Shown here: positions 13,801 to 27,300 of the stretch, piece after piece
Numbering within the stretch: position 1 is the stretch's first letter
How the letters are laid out: each line of letters starts with the position of its first letter
From: Malacoraja senta
Lineage: Eukaryota
Assembly: GCA_038087875.1 (NCBI GenBank)
Contig: CM075991.1
Span: 4,216,001-4,280,000, forward strand
DNA length: 64,000 nucleotides
Direction: 5' to 3'
Position numbers and translations under genes: made by a program
Notes under the pieces: generated by a model
Told to the model about the DNA's origin: nothing
The model's input: the letters and a program-made list of their open reading frames with translations, nothing else
Database searches by the model: none

Positions 13801-16800
13801 TGCAGGGATTGCTTGTCGGTGCGTACTGGGTGGGCCGAAGGGCCTGGTTCTGTGCTGTATCTCTAAACCAGACTAAATTAACAGTAATAGGAATGGCTGG
13901 GGTCATGTTGCATTGACTATACCTTTCCGTTGCAGAGGAGCGATTTCCTGAAGGCAAAGAAATATATTGAAATGTTCGTGGTAACAGATCACTCAGAGGT
14001 GAGTGACGCTTCTGCTGAATTGGGTTGTCAAAGGTATCGGTGCCTCTGGTGATGGTGATTTATTGCCACTGGTTTATAATTATCACCCTTACCAAGATAC
14101 AGTGAAAAACTTTGTATTGTCTGCTCAGGGAAATCATACCATGCCATGAGTACATCAGGTGGTGTAACAAAAAGTAAAGAAACTGAATGCAGAATACAGT
14201 GTTGCAGCCACACTGTAAGTGCAGATTTTAAAAAGCGCATGGCTGCAATGAGGTAGATTGGAAGATCGTGAAATTAATCACTAGCACACAGGAGGTCCAT
14301 TCAAATGTCTGATAAAAGTGGTGAAATACCTTTTTCTCGTGTCTCTTTCCCAACCCAGTGTGGTTTTGGTTGTATGTTGGCCAGGTAGGTCAAGCCGAGT
14401 TCATTATGCCATTGGTAGTTCCACAGTGACACCGCCGGGGAATGTGGATTGAATTCTGGCTTTATTTGTGTACTCGTGATGTCTTTAATATTTATTTCAT
14501 TCCGCTTACATGTTAAACTTTGTAAGGTGTCCTTGAGACTTCTGAAAGGCGCCCATAAATAAAATGTATTATTATAATTATTATACTGAGGTGCCCCAAT
14601 TGTTGTCTATTAACCGGAGCACCAGAGACCTGGGTTCCATCCTGACTACGGGTGCTGTCTGTATGGAGTTTGTATGTGACCTGCGTTTCTCCGAGATCTT
14701 TGGTTTCCTCCCACACTCCAAAAACATACAGGTTGTAGGTTAATTGGCTTGAAATGAATGTAAATTGTCCCTAGTATATTTAGGATAGTATTAATGTTCG
14801 GGGATCGTTGGGCAGTGCAGACTCGGTGGGCCGAAGGGCCTGTTTCCATGCTGTATCTCTAAACTAAACTAAACTAAACTAAACCCTCTCAATGTTTACT
14901 ACCAAATCCAAACATTCACCTTTCATTCCCTTCAAAATAGCTGTGATGCGGAATGATACGATCTGATAAAACGTTATTTATCCCAGGAGGGAAAATTGAT
15001 CTGCCAACAGTCATAAAAAATACATGAAACATGAAATTGAAATGACAAGTGGAAAGGATTGGGGATGTGCAAAGATTGGGGAGCGGTGGGGGAATAGGAG
15101 TCAGTCTCAGTCTACCCCATGACAGAAGGGAGAGGAGTTGTAAAGATTGATAGCCACAGGAAGAAAGATCACCTGTGGCGTTCTGCCCTACATCGTGGTG
15201 GAACCAGTCTGTTGCTGAAGGGACTCCTCAGGTTGACCAGTGTGTCATGGAGGGGATGAGCTGTATTGTCCAGGATGCTCCGCAGTTTGAGGAGCATCCT
15301 CCCCTCCAAGACCAACCTCCCGTGAATCCAACTCTGCCCCCAGGATGGAGCCAGCCTGCCTGATGAGAAAGACACAAGATGCTGGAGTTACTCAGTGGGA
15401 GTTCCCACAATGTAATGGTGTTGGCTGGAGGATGATTCAAGACTTGTCAGGTTTGGTTTGGAAGAGCATCATGAGATGGCTAATGAGAGAGGATGGAGGA
15501 CCAGCTCAGTAGCTTGTGTGAGAGGGAGTGCAGCTCTTCCTCGTCACCGCACACACACAGGAAGAACTGTATGATGGGCTGCCTGTTTTATAGAGTCATA
15601 GAGTCATACAGCGTGGAAACAGGCCTTCAGCCCAACTTGCCCACACCGGCCAACATGTCCCATCTACACTGGTCCCACCTGCCAGCGTTTGGCCCATATC
15701 CCACTAAACCTATCCATGTACCTGTCTAAATGTTCTCAAACATTGTGATAGTACTGGCCTCGACTACCTCCTCCGGCAGTTCGTTCCAAACACCTACCAC
15801 CCTTTGTGCGGAAAATTTACCCCTCAGGTTCTCGAATCCCCTACTCCGAGCAAGAGAATCTGTGTATCTACCTAGCTATCCCAATCCATGTACACCTCTA
15901 CTACATCACCCATCATCCTCCCATGCTCCAAGGAATAGATTCCTGTAAAGCTACCAAGTTGTCTTGATGGATTTCAGGCCTAATGGCTCCTCCTCTTCTT
16001 GCTTCTCAGTTCCGACACTTTGGGTCAGTGGAAGCGGTGCGGAGCAGGGTGTTTGAGCAGTCAATCACATCAACCTGGTGAGTAACTCTAAAATCTTGAC
16101 CTCCTGTTACAGCGTGTCTGCGGTCTAATTGGACCGGAACCCTTCCCTCTCTTGCACTCGGGCTCTCTTGCACTGTTTAAATCATGTCGCTTATTCTTCC
16201 CTGACTGATATCTAGCTCACAGTTCTCTTTGTGTATGAGTCTCAAGAAGTGTCTCGACCCAAAACGTCACCCATTCCTTCTCTCCAGAGATTCTGCCTGT
16301 CCCGCTGAGTTACTCCAGCATTTTGTGTCTATCACTGTTCTCTTTGTCTTGTTTTTGCATCCTTATCCAAAAGCCATCACACCCAATTGCCCTTGCAACC
16401 TGGCTCTTTGGCTCATTGGGAACCATTGTCAACTCTGGCTACAGTTTGATCTTTAGACCTGTTCCCTAAGCCATTCCCCGGTTGTTTCACGGGAAAAGGC
16501 AGGAGAATGGGGTTGAGAGGCAAAAATAGATCAGCCATGTTCGAAAGGCAGAGTAGACTCAATGGGCCAAATAGCCTAATTCTGCTCCGATGTGTTGTGG
16601 TCTTATGGTCTTCTGTACCTCCTGCCCGATGGTAGCAGTGAGAAGAGGGCGTGGACTGGACTTTAGGGATCATTGATGATAGGAGCCACCAATTGAGGCA
16701 GGAACTCGTGAGGATGCTTCCGATGGTGGGGAAGGCTGTGCCTGTGATGAACCAGGCTGAGTGGCAAACTTTTTTTTCACAATGCCACAAGATTTCACAA

Positions 16801-19800
16801 ATCTGATTAGAGGTTAACCCCGCTACTTTCGATTTGGTTCTTTGAAATATTTTACCCACCTGGAAGAAAATATTGTTTAACATCTCAACCCTGAAAGATG
16901 TCGGCCCTGACTATGCAGTGCTCCCTCAGCACCACGCTGGGAGGGGGAAGAGTTGGTTGTGTGTCCCAGGCCTCTGGAATGAACATAGAACATAGAACAG
17001 TACAGTGTGCAGGAAGGGAACCGCAGATGCTGCTTTAAATCGAAGACAGACACAAAACGCTGGAGTAACTCAGCGGGACAGGCAGCATCTCTGGAGAGAA
17101 GGAATCGAGATGCTGCCTGTCCTGCTGAGTTACTCCGACATTTTCTGTCTGTCTTCGATAGAGCAGTACAGCAGAGGAAAAGACTCTTCAGCCCACAATG
17201 TCTGTGCCAACTATGATGCCAAATTAATCTCCTCTGCCTCAATGTAATCCTTAATCCCTCCATTCCCTGCATATCCATATACCTATCTAAAAGACACTAT
17301 CATATCTGGTTCCGCCACCACCCCTGGTAGCAGGTTCCAGGCACCCACCATTCTCATGCAAATAATTTGCCCCACACCATCTTTAAACGTTCACCCTCTC
17401 ACCTTACATCTATATGCTCTCAAGTCATGACATTTCCACCATGGGAGAGAGGTTCTACCTACCCTATCTATGCCTATCATAATTGATTGATCGATGGTTT
17501 GATCAATCGATTGATTCATTGATCGGTGGATTGATCGCTCGATGGATCAATCGATGGATGGATCAGTCAGTCGGTCAGTCGGTTGGTGGGTGCTGGATAT
17601 ACTTCTGATTACCTCTATCAGATATCCCCTACGACAGAGTGGAACATGAATCCATAACGTTATCCCAGAGGTGGAAGTGCAGTTCGCAGTGCCACCGCTA
17701 GTCGTCCGCAAACACACGGCGTTCTTTTACCAAAATACATGAAACTGTCATCAATTGAAATAGAAGTGACCATTTGGCCCCTCGTGCCTGTTTGCCCTTC
17801 AATCAGGTCCACAGCGGACCAAGGTGCCACTCTCCTGCGCCAACCGCCTAGGCCGTGATTACCCTAATGTCAAATCTCCTTTGAGGGAGTTTACAGTGTC
17901 ATAAGAGGTCATAATCGATAAAATACAATCCCAACACTTACTTCTTGCTTTCCGCAGCTGTACAGGCCGTTGAGAACACACGTGGCTCTGGTTGGTCTGG
18001 AGATCTGGTCCAGGGTAGATAAAATATCTGTTGAACGTGATTCCGGACAGACTCTGAAAAACATCTTGTCCTGGCGCAATGAGCAGCTTCGACCAAAGCA
18101 CGGTCATGACAACATCCAATTCATCACGTAAGTGCTGGTGGAAACAGGGCAGCGGCTTCCTTGCAGTTCTTTCGTTTGGTTTAGTTTAGTTTAGTTTAGA
18201 GATACAGCGCGGAAACAGGCCCTTTGACCACTGAGTCCGCGCCGACCAACGATCTCCCTGTACACTTGCACCATTCTACACACTCGGACAATTTAAAGAT
18301 TTACCAAAGCCAACTCATGTCCATCTTTCTCGCATGGAGAAACCCCTGGCATTTCACAAAGACTACAGGGATGTTCGACCTGTGAAGGATAAGGTAGTCA
18401 CATGGACAAAAGGAATGAATGATTGAATGATGCTTGATTGTCACATGCGATAAGTCATAGTGATAGTCTTCATTTTGCATGCCCAAGGTATGCAAAGAGT
18501 CAACACGTAAAGGGCGCCGACAAAGTTGAAAAGTATCCCACACAGTCCTCCTTTGTTCTCCTTTATTCTCCCCCCCCCCCCCCCCACCACACACACACAC
18601 ACACGCCGGGTCCTTCTTTGTAACTAAGCGCATAATGTCATCTCCTATTTCCAGTTACGTGGATTTCAATGGAGACACCATTGGCTTGGCGCAAGTGGCT
18701 GCGATGTGTACAGGGGGCTCTGGAGCGATTAATCAGGTACGCTTCACGCCACAGAACGGGTTTGATGCGATGAGTTGCCTGAACCAATTTGCACGGTTGT
18801 TCCCAATTATTAGACTTTAGGCTTTAAGCCTTTAGCACACAAAGCTTTTCAATGCATCTTGGTACATAGAAACATAGAAAATAGGTGCAGGAGTAGGCCA
18901 TTCAGCCCTTCGAGCCAGCACCGCCATTCAATATGATCATGGCTGATCATCCAAAATGAGTACCCCATTCCGGCTTTTTCCCCATTTCCCCACTTGATTC
19001 CCTCAGCCCTAAGAGCTACATCTAACTCTCTCTTGAAAACATCCAGTGAATTGGCCTCCACTGCTTTCTGTGGCAGAGAATTCCAAAGATTCACAACTCT
19101 CTGGCTGAAAAAGATTTTCCTCATCTCAGTCCTAAATGGCCTTACCCTTATTCTTAAACTGTGACCCCTGGTTCTGGACTCCCCCAACATCGGGAACATT
19201 TTTCCTGCATCTACCCTGTCCAATCCTCTAAGAGTTTTATATGTTTCCATAAGATCCTCATCCTTCTAAATTCCAGGGAATACAAGGCCAGTCAATCCAT
19301 TCTTTCATCATATGTCAGTCCTGCCATCCCGGGAAATAACCTGGTGAACCTGCGCTGCACTCCCTCAATAGCAATAATGTCCTTCCTCAAATTAGGAGAA
19401 CGAAATTGCACACAATACTCCAGGTGCGGTCTCACCAGGGCCCTGTACAACTGCAGTAGGACCTCCTTGCTCCTAAACTCAAATCCTCTTGCAATGAAGG
19501 CCAACATGCCATTGGCTTTCTTCACTGCCTGCTGTACTTGTGTGCTTACTTTCAGCGACTGATGTACAAGCACACCCAGGTCTCGTTGCACCTCCCCTTC
19601 TCCTAATCTGACACCATCCAGATAATAACCCGCCTTCCTGTTCTTGCCACCAAAGTGGATAACCTCACATTTATCCGCATTATACACTACCCGTGACAAG
19701 AATAAACGAAACAACCAAACTAAGCTTTAGACTTTAAAGATACAGCGCAGAAACAGGCCCTTCAGCCCACCGAGTCCGCGCCGACCAGCGATCACACCAG

Positions 19801-22800
19801 CAATACCCTACATAGTGGGGACGATTTTCAATTTTGACCCAAGCCAATTAATGGGTTTTCTCCTGGTGCTCCGCTTCCCCCAAATCAAAGACATGAGGGT
19901 CTGTAGCTTAATTTGCTTCTCTAAATTGTAAAGTGTCCTGAGTGTGTAGGATATTGCTGATGTACGGGGTGACCATGGAATAATACAGTGTGGAAACAAG
20001 TCTTTCGACCCAACTTGCCCATATGAAGAGCATGTCCCATCTCAGCTAATCCCACCTGCCTGCTTTTGGCCCATATCTCTCTAAAACTTGCCCTATCCAT
20101 GTATCTGTCTAAATCTTTCTTAAACATTGCGAGTGTAGGATTGAACTAGTGATTATAGAACTGGTCAGCGTGGACTCGGTGGGCGAAGGGCCTGCTTCTT
20201 CGCCGTATATCTAATTACTCAATTACTCTTGGCAATAGAGGTTCTGGGTTTGGGAAATGCTCTCGGGTCGGTCACGGGTGGATAAGTCTGACGTCTTTTC
20301 TTAGGATCATGCGCCCAATGTTCATGGAGTTGCCTCGACCATGGCTCATGAGATGGGACACAACTTGGGCATGAATCACGACAATAATGCTTGCTTGTGC
20401 AAATCCAAATCGTGCATCATGTCTCCGGTCTTAAGGTAAGTGAGAGGCAATCCCCTACCCTGGAACAACAGGCTCATCCGTGGCTACAATTCAAAGGGCT
20501 GGAAGGCCATTGCCTGGACTCTATAACCAGGGCAACTCTACCATCAACCCTTCATGGATGAGAACCAAGAGGTTGATGGAATCAATGGGCTATTACACTG
20601 AAGATAGGCACAAAAAGCTGGAGTAACTCAGCGAGGCAGGCAGCATCTCTGAAGAGAAGGAATGGGTGACGGTTCGGGTCGAGACACTTCTTCAGACTCT
20701 ATTACACTGGGCCAGTTTTTGTGAATGATGAAGAGCTAGAACTATGTTCATAAGTTCATAAGTTATAGGAGCAGAATTATGCCATTCAGCCCATCAAGTC
20801 TACTCCGTCATTCAATCATGGCTTTCCCTCTTAACCCCATTTTCCTGCCTTCTCACCATTACCCCTAACACCCATGCAAATCAATATGAAGGCCTTTAGT
20901 GCTCATAACATGTTCTGTAACATTTTCTTTGCTTAACAAACATGGATATTAGCAAGTAGACGTTTTTAGATCAGGACTTTTTTAGATCAGGACTTTTTAG
21001 TCATTTTACAGGAGCCTGCCTTCTGCAGCAAAGGACTGCGAGTCCATGTAAATGCTATTTCTTCTATTCTTTCTCGATAGCTATTCCTTGCCGACGGAGT
21101 TCAGTTCGTGCAGTCACCAGAACTTCCAGAGCTTCACGCTGTCGCACACGGCGTCGTGCATGCGTGACGTTCCCAGCGTGGAAGAGATTGTGGCAGCACC
21201 CATCTGCGGGAACCACTTTGTGGAGAAGGGGGAAGACTGTGACTGTGGCACTCCCAACGTAAGGACCAAAAATCTTGCTCTAGTACCTTGGATAAGGACG
21301 TAAATGTGCACAGAGTGCTGGAGGAACTCAGCGGGTCAGGCAGCATTTCTGGAGAAATGGGATGGGTAACGTTTTGAGTTGATGCCCACCCTCCTTCAGG
21401 CTCCAGTTTCCTCCCATATCTGAAAAGCCAAGAGATGTAGAAACAAAGAACTGCAAATGCTGCATTATACCAAAGATAGGTGAAAAGTGCAAGAGTAACT
21501 CAGCGGGTCAGGCAGCATCCCTGGAGAAAAGGGATGGGTGATGTTTCAGGTTGGGACCCTTCTTCAGACATCTTCAGACTGAAGAAGAATCCTGGCCCAA
21601 AACATCACCCATCCCTTTTTCTCCAGAGATGCTGCCTGACCCGCTGAGTTACTCCAGCACGTTATGTCGATCTCCGGTGTGAACCAGCATCTGCAATTCC
21701 CTTCTAGACACTGCAGATGCTCGAATCTTGAGTAAAGCACAAAGCGCTGGAGTAAGTAGCACATGTGGAGAACAAGATTAGATGCCGTTTCGGGTCCACG
21801 ACCTCCAGAGATGCTACCGGACTCGCTGAGTTCCTCCAGCACTTTCTGGCTTACAAACACATTTTTCTTGTCATAGTGCAGCTCTGCGATGCCTTAGTGT
21901 GTTTCAATGAGACCATTGCTTGTTCTCACCCCTTCTTTGATCGTGCAGCATTTGTTACTCCCATTCCAGAGGTTGGGCAGACAGGTAGCGGTGAACTATG
22001 CCCTGAGCAGATCCACAGGGTAAGAGTCAGAGGGAGAATTAATACAGGTAGTTACAGTAGGTGATGCAAGCTGTAAGGAGACGCAGTGGGTGGGAAGCTA
22101 AGCTCAGAACTTACCTTTCCATCTCCTTAAGGGCCTGTCCCACTTGGGCGTCATTTGCGCGTCACGCAGATGGCGCGCAAAGATTTTGTACATCCCAAAA
22201 TCCTGGGGCGACCGCGCGTCACTGCCTACGTCACCATGCACCATGCGCACATCGTGACGCTTAAATGATGTCGCGTAAATGATGCCCAAGTGGGACAGGC
22301 CCTTTACCTCTCCCTGCATCCCCTGGCTACCAGTATTATCTCTCCCCCTGTCTCAATGTATCTCCTTTCCTGTGCTCAAAGAGACAGGCTTCCTTTCCAA
22401 CATTATAAAGGTGGCACGGATGGCACAGCGGTAGAGTCGCTGCCTTACAGCCCCAGAGACACGGGTTCGATCCTGACTACGGGTGTTTGTCTGTACGGAG
22501 TTTGTACGTTCTCCACATAAACTGCGTGGGTTTTCTCCGGGATCTCCGGATTCCTCCCGCACTCCAAAGACGTACTGGTTCGGTAGGCTTGGTATAAATG
22601 TAAATGTTCTCTAGTGTGGGAAAGATAGTGTTAGTGTGCGGGGATCTTTGGTCGGCACGGACTCGGTGGGCCCGTTTCCGCACTGTATCTCTAAACTGAA
22701 AGAAAAGGCCACTCAGTCCATACTAGTTCACGAAGAGCTACCTGGGCTAATACCAGCTTCTACCTCTCGGTGAGTGGCCCTGCAGTGCAGGTCACAACTC

Positions 22801-24265
22801 TTCGAGGGCACTTACGCCTGCTGTTTAAATGTGGTGCGGATTCCATCTTGCACCACCGATTAACACACGCCAGGTGGGTCAGGCAGTCAGTCAATAGACA
22901 ACAGGTGCAGGAGTAGGCCATTCGGCCCTTCGAACCAGCACGAGTCATCAGATGTACGTTTTCCCCCGATATGTTAAATGATTCGATGATACTTTGACGG
23001 TGGCACAGCGGTAGAGTTGCTGCCATGCAGTACCAGAGATCCGGGTTCGATCCCGGCTACGGGTGCTGTCTGTATGGAGTTTGTACGTTCTCCCCGTGAT
23101 CTGCGTGGGTTTTCTCCAAGATCGGTTTCCTCCCACATTCCAAGGACGTACAGGTTTGTAGGTTAATTGGATTGATTAATTTATTGATTAATTTATTGAT
23201 TATTAATTGAGTTAGTAATTGATAAAAATATAAAAATTGTCCAAGTTGGCGATATGCAGAGTACTGCCCTGCCGACTACAAAATTCAGAAGGTTCAGAAG
23301 GTCTTGTCATCTGTACCTAGGTACAGTGAAATGCTTTGTTTTGCGTACAACCAGGTAAGATCATGTAGCAGACCTCACCTAGGCAGTACACGAGTGTCGC
23401 CAAAAAGTTACAAAAGTTCACCGAACTGTGCTACCCTCCCTCCTCATCTCCAGGAGGCAGCTCTCACCCCCCCTCCCAAACACACCCCTCCCCCGCCGGG
23501 CCCACCCTTCGTTCTCGGTGGCCCCCAACCAGGTAGCTCTCGACACCTCCCCTCGCTATCAGCGGTTGCTCGCGGCCCCCTCCTCGCTCTCGGCAGCCGG
23601 GTCCCGTCAACGCCGGTGTCTCAGGGCCGAGTTTGGAGTCCGCGGTGGGCGAGCCGGGCATGAGTGCCCCGATTGGAGTCGAGCGTCCCCGGTGGGCAAG
23701 CTTCCTTCTGTCGGCGAGGGTGTGGTGGTGGAGGTCGCCCCTCATGGTATCTTGTCACCCACAGGAATGTCAGAATCCTTGCTGTGAGCCTCGGACATGC
23801 AAACTGAAAGAGGAAGCCCACTGTGCAGATGGAGAATGCTGCCAGGATTGCGAGGTACCTTCGATCCATTCTGTCCGTTCTATCTTCCTTCATCTGGTGC
23901 TACTCTGAGCATCGTTACCCATTCACTGCTTCTCCTTACATATTCCTGCATCCCCCCCCTCTCTCCCTCTGGTCTCTCCCAGTGTATATGTCTCTCTTTC
24001 TCCTTCAGTAGAATGCAAATTGCTGGTGAAACTCAGTGGGTTGGCCGACATCCCTGGAGGACATGGATAGGTGATGTATTGGGTGAGGAAGAAGGGTCCC
24101 GAGCTGCAACTTCATCAAACCATGTCCTCCAGATATGTTGCCCTGTCCGTTGAGTTACTTTGAGTTTGAAACAAGATTTCAGAATTTGCAATTAATTGTA
24201 TCTACTCTTTTTCCCTCTCAGTTTATTTTGTCCATGCCTGTGTGTGTGTACGTGTGTTTATGTGT

Positions 24266-24303
<38 letters not shown>

Positions 24304-27300
24304 AAATCCGTGTGTGTATGTGTGTGTTCATGTGTGTGTGTGTGCATACATACGTGCATGTGTGTGTAAATCCGTGCGTGTACGTACGTGTGTGTGTGTG
24401 CAAATGCGCATGAGTGTGTATGTGTGTGCAAATGTGTGCGTAAGTGTGTGTGCGTAAGTGTGTGTTTGTAAGTGTGTGTGCATAAGTGCATGTGTAAGTG
24501 TGTGTGTGTAGGTGTGTGTGTGTGTGTGTTTGTAAGTGTGTGTGCGTAAGTGCATGTGTAAGTGTGTGTGTGTGTGTGTGTATTTGTAAGTGTGTGTATG
24601 TGTGTGTGTGTTTGTAAGTGTATGTGCGTAAGTGCATGTGTAAGTGTGTGTGTGTGTTTCTCTGCCTTAATTATTTTTCTCTCTTGCTCCCTCATTGTTC
24701 CTGTGTATTATCATAGTCAGAGAGAGGTGCAGCACATAAGCAGGCTCTTCAGCCCAACCTGACTACATCAACCATGCAGCATCCATTTACACCAATCCAT
24801 CCCAAAGCCATTCCGTACTCCCCACCTTCTCATCTTCTACCCCCTGATTCTACCACTCACATGCACCCTAGGGGCCATTTCCAATTAATTTACCAATCGG
24901 CATGCATTATTATGCGGGAAGAAACCAGAGGATTCAGGAAAACCCACACAGTCAAATGGAGAACATGCAAACTCCACACAGACAGCACCCGAGGCTAGGA
25001 TTGAACCTGTTCACTGGAGCTGTGATCTTTGCACACTGAACCACTGTGCCACTCAACCCCCCACTGTCTCTCCGTTTCCCTCCCCCACCCTCTCTCTCCC
25101 TCTCCCTCCCTCTTTTCCATGCTGTCTCTGCATCTTTCTCTCTCTGACTCTCCATCCCTCCCCCCTCTCCCACCAACTCTCTCCATGTCAGCCCGTGTGT
25201 GCCTCTCTCTGTCTCTCACTGACTCATTCTCACTGTCTGCTCGTGTCTACCTCCCCCCTGCCTCTCTCGTTCTTCTCGGTGAACGAGAGGCCTTGCCACA
25301 TCATTGCAGAGGTGAGGGTCCCCGTGCAGGAAGAGACTGTGAATCCGCTCTCCCTGCTGTTCGTAGATCAAAGCCGCAGGAGCACTGTGCCGGAAAGTCA
25401 GAGACGAGTGCGACCTTTCGGAAAACTGTGACGGCACGTCGAACATATGCCCGAAAGATGCATTCCGCCTGAACGGGACCCCTTGTAAGAGAGGGGAGGG
25501 TTTCTGTTACAATGGAGGATGCCCCACTCACCAGGAGCAGTGTACCTCCCTGTGGGGGCCTGGTAAGTCAATCTTCTTCATTACTGCCGCAAAAACCCTT
25601 CAAAACCCTAAAGTGTAAACACTACCAAAGCTCTGTGTTGAAAGGAACCGCAGGTGCTGGTTTATACCGAAGATCGACGCAAAGTGCTGGAGTAACTCAG
25701 CGGGTCAGGCAGCATCTCTGGAGAAAAAGGATGGGTGATGTTTCGGGTTGGGACAGATTCACAATCTATGAGTCTTCAGAGTCTGATCAAGACTCTTCAG
25801 ACATAATCTCTGAAGGTCTGAAGAAGGGTCGCGACCCGAAATGTCAACCATCCTTTTTCTCCAGATATGTTGCCTGACCTGCTGAGTTCCTCCAGCACTT
25901 TGCGTCTATCTTCACAACCTGTCCTCTCCTCAACTCACCCCTGCACTCTCTGCTCTAAATCAATTCCTGGTAACGCCACTTCTTTATCTAAACTTTGCTC
26001 TCCAATGCCCACATCTCAATGATCTCCTCCTGCTGGGAAGCCGTCTTCTCCTCTCCTCCGTCTCCAACTCTTGACATCCCCAAATGCTCCTGTCTCACTG
26101 CTGGCAACCGTGCTCTCAGCTACCCCAGTATATTCCTCACCACATCGAAGGTGGCCATTCAGCCCGTTGATTCTATGACAGCTCTCAGAGTTATCCCATC
26201 GCTCCATTTATTTTCACCATCATCTGTTCTCTCTCACGTGTGCACCAGCATCCCAGTGAACGCATAAACTTGGGAGTTTCCTTCTTTAAAGTCTCCGTCT
26301 CTCTGCCTCATTCCTCCTTTGGGGGCGGCTCGGTGGTGCAGCGGTAGAGTTACTGCCTTACCCGGGTTCGGTCCTAACCATGAGAGCCGTCTGTACGGAG
26401 TTTGCACGTTCTCCCCGTGACCTGCATCGGTCTTCTGCGGTTTCCTCCCACACTCCAAAGACGTTCAAGTTTGTAGGGTAATCGGTTTTGGTTCAATAAA
26501 AATTGTAAATTGTCCCCTGTTGCGTGGGGCAGGGCCAGTGTACGGTGTGATTGCTGGTCGGCGTGGACTCTGTGGGCCGCAGGGCCTGTTTCAGCACTGT
26601 ATCTCTAAACTAAACCAAACCTTGAGCGTGGGTTTATCTAATAATCCTTGGCCGTTCCTGTTGAATCTCCTTCCCACAGCCTCTTCTGGGAACACACTCC
26701 AAGTCATGAAAAAAAATGTCCTTAATCTCTTCAACTAACGCCATTGCTGACTGGAGAACGGACTGAAATGATATTAACCAAAATTTGACATTGCATAAAC
26801 GATGATGAAATAGAAACATCAGGGAAAATATAACGTTAAATATGAAGCAGGAAGTAAAATAGCACAGTGAAGGAAATGTTGACATGTTCACTTTTGTTTG
26901 TACATTCTCATCATGAGAACCAGAGGACATGGGTTTAAGGTGAGGGAGGAAAGATTTAATGGGAACTTGAGGGGTATTTTTTTACACAAAGGGTGGTGGG
27001 TGTATGGAACGAGCTGCCGGAGGAGGTAGTTGAGGCAGATACTATGGCAATGTTTAAGAAACATTTTGACAGGTACATGGATAGGGTAGGTGTAGAAAGA
27101 TATGGGCCAAAAGCAGGCCGGTGGTATTAGTGTGGATGGGGCATGTTGGGCGGCATGGGCAAGTTGGGCCGAAGGGCCTGTTTGCACACTGTGTGGCTCG
27201 ATGACTCCATCACATGGATGCAGCAGTAGGGTTCCTGCCTTACAGCGCTTGCAGCGCCAGATACCCGGGTGCGATCCCAATTACGGGTGATGTCTGTACA

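Larger units (their letters stand above)
12762..13880 (+). mobile_element. HE1-like V-SINE interrupted by a CR1 (12838-13463) and a short retroposon (13594-13765)
   Basis: tRNA-like head at 12762, V-domain resumes at 13464, tail gggccgaagggcctg...tgtatctctaaa. Confidence 0.85.

Noticed and set aside
24135..24762. His/Thr- and Cys/Val-rich ORFs
   Set aside because: Translations of the TG microsatellite
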